Shown in pieces: positions 36,629 to 47,100 of a DNA stretch of 64,000 nucleotides. The stretch is from positions 204,111 through 268,110 of the forward strand of contig JBEQBC010000001.1 of the NCBI GenBank assembly GCA_041640035.1. The letters run 5' to 3'. Origin of the DNA: Candidatus Nanohaloarchaea archaeon. GTDB taxonomy: Archaea; Nanohalarchaeota; Nanosalinia; Nanosalinales; Nanosalinaceae. Every line of letters starts with the position of its first letter. The first letter of the stretch is position 1. The notes under the pieces are model-generated. The model saw only the letters and a list, made by a program, of their open reading frames with translations, searched no databases and was not told where the DNA came from. Position numbers and translations under genes: made by a program.

Positions 36629-37243
36629 TCAGAGGTTATTCAGGTATCTTTTAAGAACCTCTTTTCCTACATCTAGTTGATGTTTTTCATCGAACTTTTC
36701 CACGGCTTTAACGTACTCTGATCCTTTATCTACACATCTCTTGATATTGTCCTCTTCTGGTTTCGGTACATAGCTTGCGACTTCTAGGTATTTCATGCTT
36801 CCCTGACCTATTTTCCTTTCCGATATCATTTGCTTTGTTTTTTCTCGTGCTTCAGGTTCTATCTGTCCGTCCTTTATGTTTTCGCTGAAATACTTAGCAT
36901 CCTCCTCAGGAAAGCCCAGAAACTTTCCTACATTTATATCGGTGTAGCCGCAGAAACGGCCGTTTTGCTTCTCCAGCAACTTCATCCGGTTTTTCTCATG
37001 GGTGATGAATACTGAAGTAGTGCTCAGCCGGGATTCACCTTCTTCAATTCTGTAGTAGAGATTGTAATCTTTGCAGAACTGTTTGATCTTCTCTATCTCT
37101 TTTTCTTCAAGGTTCATTATCAGGCAGGCCGGTCTCTTATCTATGAACATCAGGAAGAGGTCGAGCACATCTCGGTAAGGAAGTTCTTCCAGAAAGTAAC
37201 TGAAGTATTCCTGGATTTTGTCTTCCTGTTCTATTTCTGTCAT
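36629..37243 (-). CDS. Hypothetical protein
   Basis: 204-aa ORF; GKFLGFP motif; C-terminus resembles the partial ORF 2..214. Confidence 0.7.
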   Translation of the reverse strand: MTEIEQEDKIQEYFSYFLEELPYRDVLDLFLMFIDKRPACLIMNLEEKEIEKIKQFCKDYNLYYRIEEGESRLSTTSVFITHEKNRMKLLEKQNGRFCGYTDINVGKFLGFPEEDAKYFSENIKDGQIEPEAREKTKQMISERKIGQGSMKYLEVASYVPKPEEDNIKRCVDKGSEYVKAVEKFDEKHQLDVGKEVLKRYLNNL

Positions 37244-37360
37244 ATATCTGATAGGTTTCAGTGAATGGTTAATGCTTTTTCCGTTTAACTCTCTTTCAGA
37301 CCTGTTTCTTGGTTTCGATTATCGAAAAATCTATTAACATGTGATGGGGATTTACTGGTT

Positions 37361-37762
37361 ATGGATGAGGTTGATCAGAGGATAATTGAAATTCTGGAGG
37401 AGGATGCCCGTGCATCTTTTACTGATATTGCTGAAGAGGTTGGTGTCTCTGAAGGCACGGTCAGGAACCGTGTGGAGTCGATGGAAGAAAATGATGTTAT
37501 AGATAAGTATACTGTTGAACTGGGCGCTGGTAGCAGTATATCGGCTTTTATATCTGTGAAGGTTTCTGCTGATAGATCGTTCGATCAGATAACTTCCAAT
37601 TTTCCACAAGAACTCGAAGTGTACGAACTTGCTGGAGATATCGATATACTGATTAAGGTACGGAGAGATTCAGCGGAGCAGGTTAACGAACTTGTGGATG
37701 AAATCAGAGCTATAGAGGGAGTTAACTCCACTCAGACATACATGGTTCTGGCGGAAAAATAA
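37361..37762 (+). CDS. Lrp/AsnC transcriptional regulator
   Basis: MDEVDQRII..L..DAR..FTDIA...GVSEGTVRNRV HTH plus RAM domain. Confidence 0.93.
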   Translation: MDEVDQRIIEILEEDARASFTDIAEEVGVSEGTVRNRVESMEENDVIDKYTVELGAGSSISAFISVKVSADRSFDQITSNFPQELEVYELAGDIDILIKVRRDSAEQVNELVDEIRAIEGVNSTQTYMVLAEK

Positions 37763-37790
37763 ATGTGGAAAAACCGGTAATTTCGGGTGT

Positions 37791-38099
37791 TTAAATTGCT
37801 TCTTCGGTTAGTAGATTGTAGAGTTCTTCGCTGCTCTCCGGAAGAGCTTCGTAAGGGTTTTCTGATTCCACATAGGTCTCATGTTCTATGCCTTCTGGTC
37901 CTCTTACCTGTACATGATAGCTCTCATCTCTTTCAGTAACTGTTACATCGTACTCCTCGTCCAGTTCCAGAGTACCGCGTGCTTGATGGTACTCTCCGTG
38001 GAGAACTCCTTGTAGCCGTTCAAAGCTTACATCATCGACAGTGCTGAGTGCCATTTCTACTCCGAAGTCTGAATTTGAGTTACCTGTTGTTACGCTCAT
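37791..38099 (-). CDS. Acidic hypothetical protein
   Basis: 102-aa ORF with genome-typical acidic composition. Confidence 0.6.
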   Translation of the reverse strand: MSVTTGNSNSDFGVEMALSTVDDVSFERLQGVLHGEYHQARGTLELDEEYDVTVTERDESYHVQVRGPEGIEHETYVESENPYEALPESSEELYNLLTEEAI

Positions 38100-38337
38100 T
38101 ATGGGATCACAGTATAAATAATACGAAAAAACCTTATAAAATTATGATATTCGAAGTAATATTTGTATATCACTTATCTAATTATGTTGAAAGTTCTTTT
38201 TATCGAAAGGAACTTAAAGTATTGCATTAAATTATTGTTTCGTACCAATGACTGGTGACCGTTTTAAGATCGGACACATTTACGCAAACTACTCAAAATC
38301 TTTCTAACAGCCGTAGCTATACCCAAGGTGTTCTTCC

Positions 38338-39777
38338 ATGAGCTCAGAACAGGAAGAACGCGAGGAACTTATCTCCCAACTCCGTGAAAACGGTGAAGAA
38401 CCGTTCCCGCATAACTTCTCCCGAACACATACCGTGGAGGAATTAAACCGCCAGAGAGGAACAGATGAACAGGAACTACCTAGTCAAGAATTCAGTACAG
38501 CAGGTAGAATCATGGAGATCCGTGACTTCGGAGGAATAGCCTTCCTGGACCTGAGAGGAGAAAGAGAAGAAATACAGATAGTCCTAAGAAAAGAAGAACA
38601 CCTTGAAACACTGGAAAACCTTCACAGCGGTGATATAGCAGGAGTTACAGGTGACCTAACCTACACGGATAAAGGAGAGTTCTCACTGGAGGCTGACGAG
38701 CTGGAGCTTTTGACAAAAGCAGTGAAACCTGTTCCTTCAAGCTACTACGGACTTGAAGATCAGGAAACACAGTACCGTCAGCGCTCACTACACCTAATCG
38801 ACAGCATCGACGCACGAGAATCATTCAGAAATCGCAGCAGGATAATCAGCGAAATGCGAAGATTCCTTGAGGAAGATGGTTTTATGGAAGTAGAAACACC
38901 TGTCATCCAACCTGTGTACGGTGGAGCAAACGCAAGGCCTTTCACAACTCATGTGAACGACAAAGACATGGAAGCCTACCTCCGTATAGCACCTGAGCTG
39001 TACCTGAAAAGACTGATCATCGGCGGTTACGAAAAAGTGTTCGAGATAGGGAAAAACTTCAGGAACGAGTCAATAGATACAACTCACAACCCTGAATACA
39101 CAGCGATGGAGCTCTACCAGGCATACGCCGACTACGAGGATATGATGCAGATAACCGAGGAACTCGTCGAACACATCACAGAAGAAGTTACCGGTGATAC
39201 AGTGATCGAATACCAGGGAGTAGAACTTGATATGTCAGCTCCATGGAAAAGGATGACAATGAGAGAAGCCATCCTCGAGTACGGAGGCTTCGATGTAGAA
39301 AACCTTGGAGACGATGAGATCAGAGATAAAATGATTGAATATGGAGCGGAGCTTGAATCCGAATATGAGCGAGGGCTAGCTATCGCCGAACTATTCGAGG
39401 AAGTAGCAGAGGAAGAACTTGTTCAGCCCACATTCATAACTGACTATCCCCGTGAAACCACTCCGCTCTGCAAACTTCACAGAGAAAACGAAGACCTGAT
39501 CGAACGTTTTGAAGCCTTCGCAGCAGGAATGGAGCTGGCCAACGCCTACACCGAGCTCAGAGATCCTATCCAGCAGGAACAACATTTCAGAGAGGAACAG
39601 CAGAGAGCCGAACAAGGAGATGAAGAAGCCCACGAGATGGATGAAGACTTTGTAGAAGCGCTGCGCCACGGAATGCCTCCTACCGGAGGACTCGGAATCG
39701 GAGTAGACAGACTCGTCATGCTTCTAACCGACTCAGAGTCAATAAGAGATGTCATCCTCTTCCCCATGATGAAGTAG
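38338..39777 (+). CDS. lysS: Lysyl-tRNA synthetase, class II
   Basis: OB fold; YLRIAPELYLKRL, FRNE, HNPEYT, GMPPTGGLGIGVDRL. Confidence 0.96.
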   Translation: MSSEQEEREELISQLRENGEEPFPHNFSRTHTVEELNRQRGTDEQELPSQEFSTAGRIMEIRDFGGIAFLDLRGEREEIQIVLRKEEHLETLENLHSGDIAGVTGDLTYTDKGEFSLEADELELLTKAVKPVPSSYYGLEDQETQYRQRSLHLIDSIDARESFRNRSRIISEMRRFLEEDGFMEVETPVIQPVYGGANARPFTTHVNDKDMEAYLRIAPELYLKRLIIGGYEKVFEIGKNFRNESIDTTHNPEYTAMELYQAYADYEDMMQITEELVEHITEEVTGDTVIEYQGVELDMSAPWKRMTMREAILEYGGFDVENLGDDEIRDKMIEYGAELESEYERGLAIAELFEEVAEEELVQPTFITDYPRETTPLCKLHRENEDLIERFEAFAAGMELANAYTELRDPIQQEQHFREEQQRAEQGDEEAHEMDEDFVEALRHGMPPTGGLGIGVDRLVMLLTDSESIRDVILFPMMK

Positions 39778-39890
39778 AAGACGGAGGTTTAAGCGAAAAT
39801 TATCTTTTTCTTTCTCTTCTTATAATGAAATTGAGCAGGGTGAACTGAAGAATCCAGGTAATCAACTATGACTTCATACCTGAGAAAGGA

Positions 39891-40577
39891 ATGCAGAAAG
39901 ATGAAATGAAGCAAATGCAGAGAAAAATAGCTGAAAAAGCAGTCTTCGCCGACCAGAACGAACTTGAACGACCTGAAGACCTCACTGTCGTAGGTGTAGA
40001 TCAGGCGTTTACCGAGGATAGATGTGTAACTGCGGCGGTCGTCATGGAAGATGGGGAAACAGTTGAAGAAGCCTATGCTGATGTTGAACTGGAGATCCCG
40101 TATATTCCTGGTCTTCTAGCCTTCAGAGAAGGTCGATCTATCGTAGAAGCTTTGAAGAAGCTGGAATCGGATATAGATCTGATGATTCTTGACGGAAGCG
40201 GCAGAGTACATTTTAGACAGGCAGGGATAGCTACTCATATAGGAGTAATATTCGATAAACCCTCGATTGGTGTAGCGAAGAATCTTCTCTGCGGCCAAAC
40301 AGGTTGGAACGGAGAAAAACTCTCAAAGGATGAGCATAAGCCTATCAAACCGGATTCCAAGTTAGAAAGGGTTGAAGATGAAGTTCTAGGTTATCTCTAC
40401 CAGTCCAAGCAGTACAGCGGAGACAGAAAAGTTAATCCACTGTATATAAGTCCCGGTCACAGAATCAGTGCAGATAAATCAGTCGAAATGGTCGCTAACT
40501 ATATAGATGGATACAAATTACCTGAGCCGGTAAAAATTGCTGACAGCAAGGTAGCAGAGTTCAAAGATAATCTATGA
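39891..40577 (+). CDS. nfi: Endonuclease V
   Basis: GVD, PYIPGLLAFRE, DGSG..H, SIGVAK, YISPGH. Confidence 0.94.
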   Translation: MQKDEMKQMQRKIAEKAVFADQNELERPEDLTVVGVDQAFTEDRCVTAAVVMEDGETVEEAYADVELEIPYIPGLLAFREGRSIVEALKKLESDIDLMILDGSGRVHFRQAGIATHIGVIFDKPSIGVAKNLLCGQTGWNGEKLSKDEHKPIKPDSKLERVEDEVLGYLYQSKQYSGDRKVNPLYISPGHRISADKSVEMVANYIDGYKLPEPVKIADSKVAEFKDNL

Positions 40578-40684
40578 AAGATTTTTCACCTCGCCCTGAA
40601 TAACTCCATATAGATAACCTAATGGATGCTCCAATAATCTTTGTTTTTAAAACAATTACAGCCTGATACATGGGTATAGTGACT

Positions 40685-40758
40685 GGGCTCTTAGTTCAGC
40701 TTGGCGGAACGCTTCCTTGGCAGGGAAGAGGCCCCGGGTTCAAATCCCGGAGAGTCCA
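40685..40758 (+). tRNA. tRNA-Ala(GGC)
   Basis: GGGCTCT/AGAGTCC acceptor with G3:U70; CTTCC-TTGGCAG-GGAAG anticodon arm; TTCAAAT T-loop. Confidence 0.93.
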
Positions 40759-40935
40759 CTAATCCTCAACTTTCTTGATTAGCTTCGAACTGAAAAATGC
40801 TGATACAGGCAGGCTCACTGCGAACAGTACAAGTCCTGCAACAAGGTTAGAAAGAAATGTAGAAATTAATAGTATAGTCAGTGATATCAGGTTGGTTACT
40901 ACAAGTCCTTTACCTAGCTGAGCTCTTTCTTCCAT
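40759..40935 (-). CDS. Small 2-TM membrane protein (58 aa), absent from the ORF track
   Basis: MEERAQLGKGLVVTNLISLTILLISTFLSNLVAGLVLFAVSLPVSAFFSSKLIKKVED; starts 8 nt after the upstream gene. Confidence 0.55.
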   Translation of the reverse strand: MEERAQLGKGLVVTNLISLTILLISTFLSNLVAGLVLFAVSLPVSAFFSSKLIKKVED

Positions 40936-40943
40936 AGATTCTT

Positions 40944-41384
40944 CTACATTAATGCTTCAGCGATAGAAAGCTTAAGTTTGTTCCAGAATCCTTCTGCCTC
41001 ATATTCTATATCTCCATCGTTAAACTCGGTGATAGCTGTTCCAACCGGATTATTCGATTCTGCGATAGTACTTACAGTTTCCTGATCCGTAGTTATCTCG
41101 ATTGTGGCGTTCTCATATCCTTCTGCCTGCATCTCGGTTACAACCAGCCCTTCAATCTTTGCGCCCGCGGTAACATCCGTGCCGTCACTGTTCTCCATGT
41201 TCATGTTAACGGTCTGATTGCCTACAAGTCCTGAGAGAAATGGTGGAGCGTTATCTGTCTGATTGTTGATAACTGACTCGTACTGTCCTAAATCTCCGTT
41301 TTGAAGATCTGATACCTGGAAACCTGCTCCAGATCCGACCAGTAGAGCGATAGTAACCGCGAACAATAATCTCTTCATAAACAT
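40944..41384 (-). CDS. Secreted hypothetical protein
   Basis: Signal peptide MKRLLFAVTIALLVG. Confidence 0.7.
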   Translation of the reverse strand: MFMKRLLFAVTIALLVGSGAGFQVSDLQNGDLGQYESVINNQTDNAPPFLSGLVGNQTVNMNMENSDGTDVTAGAKIEGLVVTEMQAEGYENATIEITTDQETVSTIAESNNPVGTAITEFNDGDIEYEAEGFWNKLKLSIAEALM

Positions 41385-41420
41385 ACAGTAGCTGCCGTTA
41401 TGATATAAAACTGCTGGTCC

Positions 41421-43145
41421 CTACTTCACGGTCACGCTTTTCGCCAGGTTCCTCGGCTTATCAGGATTGTTATCCAGTTTCAGAGAGGTCCTGTACGCCA
41501 GTAACTGGAACGGTACAACCTTCAATATTTCCGAGTTCTCGTCTTCCGGTATCTGGATATGGAAGTCAGAGAAGTCATGTTCTTCATGGTCCACAGTTGT
41601 CACATTCGCACCTCGAGATTCAGCCTCCTTCGTATTGGAAACAATATCTTCTCTACCTGTATCTCCAATAAAGGATACAACTGCGGTGTCATCTTCGACA
41701 AGTGAGATGTTTCCGTGTTTGAATTCTCCGCCTGGGAAGCTCTCTGAGTGGATGTATGATAGTTCTTTCAGTTTCAGGTCTGCTTCCTTAGCTAGATCAT
41801 AGCTGGTGTATCTTCCGATGAAGTATACATGTTCTTTCTCCTTCAGGAACTTGCTGAGTTCATCAATAGTCTCCTCATTATCCTCAAGAACATCCTCTAT
41901 CATATCCGCGGTGTTCACGAGACTATCTCTACCCTCACGAAGCCGGTCTTCCAGAGTGTATTTGAGAAGTTTCAGTACTGCTACCTGTCCAGTGAATGCT
42001 TTCGTTGATGCTACCCCTATCTCCGGTCCTGCATTTATCAGAAGTGTGTGATCGCTGTCACGGTCAAGTGTTGATCCTTTCACATTCAGGATAGAGAGAA
42101 CAGGAGCTTCTATCTCATTAGTTACTGCAAGTAAATCAGCGGTTTCCCCACTCTGACTTATCGCGATTACAAGGTCATCCTCATCTACTTCATCTGTTCT
42201 GTACTCCATTTCGTGTGCTTGTTCTGCTACTGCGTCTATACCGCATGAGCGCAGGTATTTGGCTCCAAGGTCCGCTGCAAAGCTGGATGTTCCTGCTGCG
42301 GTTAGGTATACTTTTTCTGCTTCTTTAACCATTTCTCTGGCCTCTTCCATGTCGCTTTTGTCCTGGAAGGCAGCTCTCTTGACTGTTTTCGGTTGTTCAA
42401 GTATTTCTTTCTTCATGTAGTGGTTGTATTCTTTCTTTGATGCCTGCTGTGCGTCCCAGTCAATTTCTTTAACTTCTCTCTCGATTTTCTCGTCGCCATT
42501 GTGTATTTCCAACTGGTCTTTTTCTATGTGTGCGATGTCTCCGTCTTCGAGAAATACTGCTTTTTCTGTGTGTTCTAGGAATGGTGTTACATCTGATGCG
42601 ACAAAATGTTCTTCTTCGCCTTTTCCGATTACGAGAGGTGAACCTTCCTTGAATGCGATAAGCTCGTCTTCCTCTGTAACTACGGCTACAGCGTATGATC
42701 CTTCAAGTCTTTCGACCGTGTTTTTGACGGCCTGAAGTGTTGTCTCTGTGTATCTTCTTTCCTCTTCTATTAGTTTGGGTATTACTTCGGTGTCGGTTTC
42801 TGATTCGAATAGGTGTTCGCCGATTTCCTGTTTTAGTTCTTCGTAGTTATTGATTATTCCGTTGTGTACTACGGCTATGTCTTCTTCTGTGGATGTGTGT
42901 GGATGTGCGTTGGTGTCGTTGACTCCTCCGTGTGTTGCCCATCTTGTGTGTCCGATGCTTGTGTCTCCTGGTTTTTCTTTCGTTGATACTTCTTCGATGG
43001 TGCCTTCTCCTTTGCTTACATGGACCTGTTGGTCTACTGTGGCGATTCCTGCTGAGTCGTATCCTCGGTATTCAAGTTTCTTCAATCCTTTGTAAACTAC
43101 TCTAGAGGCTTTCTTATCTCCTCGGTATCCTACGATTCCGCACAT
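41421..43145 (-). CDS. glmS: Glutamine--fructose-6-phosphate aminotransferase
   Basis: MCGIVG, HTRWATHG, SQSGET, PRNLAKSVT. Confidence 0.97.
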   Translation of the reverse strand: MCGIVGYRGDKKASRVVYKGLKKLEYRGYDSAGIATVDQQVHVSKGEGTIEEVSTKEKPGDTSIGHTRWATHGGVNDTNAHPHTSTEEDIAVVHNGIINNYEELKQEIGEHLFESETDTEVIPKLIEEERRYTETTLQAVKNTVERLEGSYAVAVVTEEDELIAFKEGSPLVIGKGEEEHFVASDVTPFLEHTEKAVFLEDGDIAHIEKDQLEIHNGDEKIEREVKEIDWDAQQASKKEYNHYMKKEILEQPKTVKRAAFQDKSDMEEAREMVKEAEKVYLTAAGTSSFAADLGAKYLRSCGIDAVAEQAHEMEYRTDEVDEDDLVIAISQSGETADLLAVTNEIEAPVLSILNVKGSTLDRDSDHTLLINAGPEIGVASTKAFTGQVAVLKLLKYTLEDRLREGRDSLVNTADMIEDVLEDNEETIDELSKFLKEKEHVYFIGRYTSYDLAKEADLKLKELSYIHSESFPGGEFKHGNISLVEDDTAVVSFIGDTGREDIVSNTKEAESRGANVTTVDHEEHDFSDFHIQIPEDENSEILKVVPFQLLAYRTSLKLDNNPDKPRNLAKSVTVK

Positions 43146-43315
43146 AACAACTTCAATTCTTGAATGGAACTATTTAAAGGGTTTTGACTAGTAGAGAAGC
43201 CAGTAAAACGGTTTTTTGACAGGAAACAGGTTTTAGACTGAATCCTCCGCTCACTGTTAAAAGGCTTGACCGAAACCAGTAAAAAAGATGTTGTACCAGT
43301 AAAGAATTAATTGGA

Positions 43316-44236
43316 ATGGCTTTGATACTTGAAGAAGATGACGGCGGCTTCCTCAAACTTAAATCAAGAGAAATGACGGACGAAATGATCAACTCACTCA
43401 GAGACCAAACCCGCCGCAACATCCTATCAGAACTCGCAGAAGAACCAGCATACCCGGCAGAGATAGCACGCAAACTGGACATATCCAAACAGAAAACATA
43501 CTACCACATCGAAAACCTTCAGGATGCAGACCTGATAGAAGAAGAACGCAGCGAAAATGTCTCAGGCGGCACGGCCACAATCTACAGATCAAAGGTAGAC
43601 GCATTACACCTCAAATTTTCTGAGGGAACTGAATCAGGCTTCAAACCTTTAACCGAAGATATATCACAGTTCCTGAAACCTTTGAACAAGGAAGATGAAG
43701 AACTCTCGATAGTTGTTGGTTCACCTGATGAACACGGACCAGACCGAGTAAGAGCAAGAGACGGACATCTAGCAGGTGAAATCGGTCTCAGACTTGGAAG
43801 CTATCTACAACCCGATTCTGTCAAAGTTGTCCAGGATGTTGAACTGGTAAGAGATGAAGACTTCGATAGAAACATGCTTTTCCTCGGAGGAGTGCTTACG
43901 AATACTGTTAGCAAAAGGTTCAACGAACATTTCCCGGTTAAATTCTCTGGAGAAAGCTTCCCATACCGAGAGATCACCACCCCGGAATCGACATTCAGCG
44001 AGGAAAACATCGGGGTGATAACTCGGACTGAACATCCCGATAACCCGGATAAATCAGTGTTTATGGTGGCCGGAGTCCGGAATAAAGGTACGAAGGCTGC
44101 GGTGTATGCTTTCAAAAACCTGGAAACCATTATAGAGGATTACAGGGAAGGTGAGTTCTACGCAGTGGTGCGTGGACTTGACCTTGACGGGGATGGGGAA
44201 GTCGACAGCTTTGAGACCGTGGAAAAATCAACATGA
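43316..44236 (+). CDS. ArsR-type HTH regulator with unknown C-terminal domain
   Basis: TRRNILSEL..PAYPAEIARKL..SKQKTYYH HTH. Confidence 0.75.
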   Translation: MALILEEDDGGFLKLKSREMTDEMINSLRDQTRRNILSELAEEPAYPAEIARKLDISKQKTYYHIENLQDADLIEEERSENVSGGTATIYRSKVDALHLKFSEGTESGFKPLTEDISQFLKPLNKEDEELSIVVGSPDEHGPDRVRARDGHLAGEIGLRLGSYLQPDSVKVVQDVELVRDEDFDRNMLFLGGVLTNTVSKRFNEHFPVKFSGESFPYREITTPESTFSEENIGVITRTEHPDNPDKSVFMVAGVRNKGTKAAVYAFKNLETIIEDYREGEFYAVVRGLDLDGDGEVDSFETVEKST

Positions 44237-45441
44237 AAGACTGGAAAGTATTCCAACAGGATGTACTAGATGTACTTAGACAGTACGAAGGCTACTTCGA
44301 CTTCTTCGAAAGAGTAGGCAGCCTCAGCGACCGCTCAAGACCCGACTCAGTCGCACGGATCTCCCGTGAAGACAAGAAAGAGATCTGGATACTGGACGCC
44401 AAGAACAAGGACGAAGTCGACGAAGAAGACCTTGAACGCATGAACCAGTACATCAAGTCCCTGAAAAGAAAACCATTAGATGTAGGACTTGAAGAAGCAG
44501 AAATATCAAGCTACGAATTCAGACCTGTTTTCGTACTTTCTGATCGCTCACAGGTAGATATGGATGCAGACTTGGTGCCGTTCTCAGCACTACACCAGTT
44601 CCTACAAAGAGAACTAGTTTATACAGATACTTCAAGAGCTGTACGAGAAATCGCAAAGATGGCAGAAAGAAGACAACTCAGCCACGGACAGATAAGACTA
44701 CTAGCTCAAAGCCTGAAACCGTACGAAGACCGTGTGCAGACCGTAGTTGATGACCTGAAGAAACTTGAGACAGATTACTCATCACTTGAGCTTGAGAAAC
44801 CCTTCGAAGAAGGAGAAGCTCCTGTTGATGTAGTGGTCCGTCACAAACCGTCAGGACAAAAGTTCTTCTTCGATATTCCTTACTCTAGAGAAGAGCTTGA
44901 CCGTATCGATGACAGAGTAGAGGACCTAAAAGAGGTTGTAGATTCTGATGCCTCTGTGTATTACGCGGCTGTCAATACTTTCGAAGAGGTTGAATCGGAT
45001 TTCATTATCAGGAAAGAAAAACTGGAGAGAGAAATTAATGAAACGCTGGGAATACTATCTGTGGAGAAAGTAGCTGATGTATTTGAGCCCAAAGTTAAAT
45101 GTACTCGGAGCTATGGTGATGGATTTATCGAGATAAAGCCTGTTGATTCCGATGAGATGGTTCTGAAGGTCAATACTGAGGACGACCGCAGCTTCCGTGT
45201 AGAAGCTCTTCTCAGCGATGAGATAATCAGTAGGTTGAAGGAGAGAAAACTGAACTCCGGGAACTCTTTCGGCAGGATTGAGGACAATAGATTTATACAT
45301 GAATTCGAGGTCAATGAAGATCTCAGGATAGAGCATGATTCTGGAGAGGAAACTCTATCATCCTACAAAAGAAATGTCGCCGACTTCTACCATTCCGTGA
45401 TCAGCTCTTTCTTAGGAAAGAAGGTCAAGAAGAAGGTTTAG
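44233..45441 (+). CDS. PD-(D/E)xK (Mrr-like) nuclease-domain protein
   Basis: FQQDVL...RPD...ILDAK N-terminal pattern; ATGA-coupled to the HTH gene. Confidence 0.5.
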   Translation: MKDWKVFQQDVLDVLRQYEGYFDFFERVGSLSDRSRPDSVARISREDKKEIWILDAKNKDEVDEEDLERMNQYIKSLKRKPLDVGLEEAEISSYEFRPVFVLSDRSQVDMDADLVPFSALHQFLQRELVYTDTSRAVREIAKMAERRQLSHGQIRLLAQSLKPYEDRVQTVVDDLKKLETDYSSLELEKPFEEGEAPVDVVVRHKPSGQKFFFDIPYSREELDRIDDRVEDLKEVVDSDASVYYAAVNTFEEVESDFIIRKEKLEREINETLGILSVEKVADVFEPKVKCTRSYGDGFIEIKPVDSDEMVLKVNTEDDRSFRVEALLSDEIISRLKERKLNSGNSFGRIEDNRFIHEFEVNEDLRIEHDSGEETLSSYKRNVADFYHSVISSFLGKKVKKKV

Positions 45442-46079
45442 TCCTCTTCCTTATACCTGACGAACCGTACTTTCCCGTGTGAATATTCTTCATCGTTTTC
45501 TGAATCGTAAACTCTTATCTCCTGAACTGCTCCGGTTCCGACAGGACCCACAATTCTACCACCTTCGTTCAGATGCTGTTTTGCGTCATCAAATGTACTC
45601 TGTTCTACAGCGCATGAGAATATTATGCGGTCAAAACTGGACTGAACCTTTTCCAGGCCCTCACCGTGCACGATTTCAGTGTTGTCGTATTTCTGTAGTT
45701 TTTTCCGGCTGTACTCCGCTACCTCTCTATCGATCTCGACTCCGACTACTTCATCCGCAATACGGGAGATTATCGCTGCCTGGTATCCTGATCCTGATCC
45801 GATCTCCAGAACCCTTTGACCTTGCTCAAGTTCAAGTAGTTCAAGCATCTTCGCTACTACGGTTGGCTGGCTGATCGTGGATTCTTCGGTTAATGGATAT
45901 ACCTCGTTCATGTACGGGTTTCTTTCATGACTGAGGAATACCTCTCCCTCTCTATGGCTTTGATCTCTGTCAGGTGTGAAGTCACCACGGTCTACTTGTC
46001 GAAAAGCTGATTCCAGTTGATTTGATTTCAATGTTCCTTCATCTCTCAGGTAATCTACCAGTTCATCATTTGTCTCCAT
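45438..46079 (-). CDS. pcm: Protein-L-isoaspartate O-methyltransferase
   Basis: TISQP, VLEIGSGSGYQAA, VRFV. Confidence 0.92.
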   Translation of the reverse strand: METNDELVDYLRDEGTLKSNQLESAFRQVDRGDFTPDRDQSHREGEVFLSHERNPYMNEVYPLTEESTISQPTVVAKMLELLELEQGQRVLEIGSGSGYQAAIISRIADEVVGVEIDREVAEYSRKKLQKYDNTEIVHGEGLEKVQSSFDRIIFSCAVEQSTFDDAKQHLNEGGRIVGPVGTGAVQEIRVYDSENDEEYSHGKVRFVRYKEED

Positions 46080-46148
46080 ATACCAGAAAATTTTTTGATT
46101 CTCTGCGGTTAATAATTATGGTGTGAAGACAGGAGGAGTATCCAGAAG

Positions 46149-46574
46149 TTGAAAGATGAAGACTACAAATCTCTGAAACGCCTGGAGAAAGAAGTGGAAA
46201 AGATAGACAGGGATGTGTATTCGGTGATAGTAGAAGGTTTCAGCGATATGAAAGCGATCAAAGAACTTGGTTTCACCGGCCGGATCTACATGTCAGCAGA
46301 AAAATCTGTGGAAGATCTATCCGAAGATGTGATAAGAGGTTCCGAATCAGTCGCAATCCTCACAGATTTTGACTCACATGGTAAGGAGCAGAACCGGAAG
46401 ATTTCCCAAGTTCTACAGGAAGAAGTTATCGTTGATTTTTCAGCTCGGAAAAGCTTTGGAAAAGAGCTTACATCTCAAGACCGTCACGCAGTAGAGGATG
46501 TAATACCTCTGTTCAGTTCTTGGCGAGATAAGTTTACGGAAGCTACTTTAGACCGGCTTTTTCCCGGAGAATAA
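46149..46574 (+). CDS. Small Toprim-domain protein
   Basis: VIVEG..D and ILTDFDSHG. Confidence 0.85.
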   Translation: MKDEDYKSLKRLEKEVEKIDRDVYSVIVEGFSDMKAIKELGFTGRIYMSAEKSVEDLSEDVIRGSESVAILTDFDSHGKEQNRKISQVLQEEVIVDFSARKSFGKELTSQDRHAVEDVIPLFSSWRDKFTEATLDRLFPGE

Positions 46575-46614
46575 ACCGAGTTTTTATATTTGAAGCCAGA
46601 GAATTAACCAGTAT

Positions 46615-47100
46615 ATGTTGGGAAAGCCCGATGAAAACCGTAACAAGTTTCTCAGCTCAATTGTATTCCTCTTTGTCGCCGTAGGGTTCGGGCTCGGACT
46701 CACAGTTTTCATAGGATTAAATATACTGAATAACTCCCAGCTAGTATCAGACGGAGAATCATCAATCGCACTTCTCTCATTCGCATTACTTATCCTATCA
46801 TTCTTCATAGGTCCAGCAGTATCCGCATTCACAGGATTCATGACCGGGATGAAATCAGAATCATCCGGAAAAGGCATGACCACCAGCCTGTTTGGATCAT
46901 TTATCGGCTTCCTGCTGATGATGGTCCTAGCCCTGACTTTTGGTTCACAGGCTATTTCAGAAGAGCTTATGAATCAGTTGATCGGCGATCAGAACTTCCT
47001 GCGTTACATGGTCGGTCCTGTGCTTCAGGCAAGCATACCGACAAGCATAGTCGGACTGGTAGCAGCAATCGTAGGATTCAGATTCAACCAGGAAGATTAA
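46615..47100 (+). CDS. 4-TM membrane protein
   Basis: Four hydrophobic segments. Confidence 0.7.
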   Translation: MLGKPDENRNKFLSSIVFLFVAVGFGLGLTVFIGLNILNNSQLVSDGESSIALLSFALLILSFFIGPAVSAFTGFMTGMKSESSGKGMTTSLFGSFIGFLLMMVLALTFGSQAISEELMNQLIGDQNFLRYMVGPVLQASIPTSIVGLVAAIVGFRFNQED

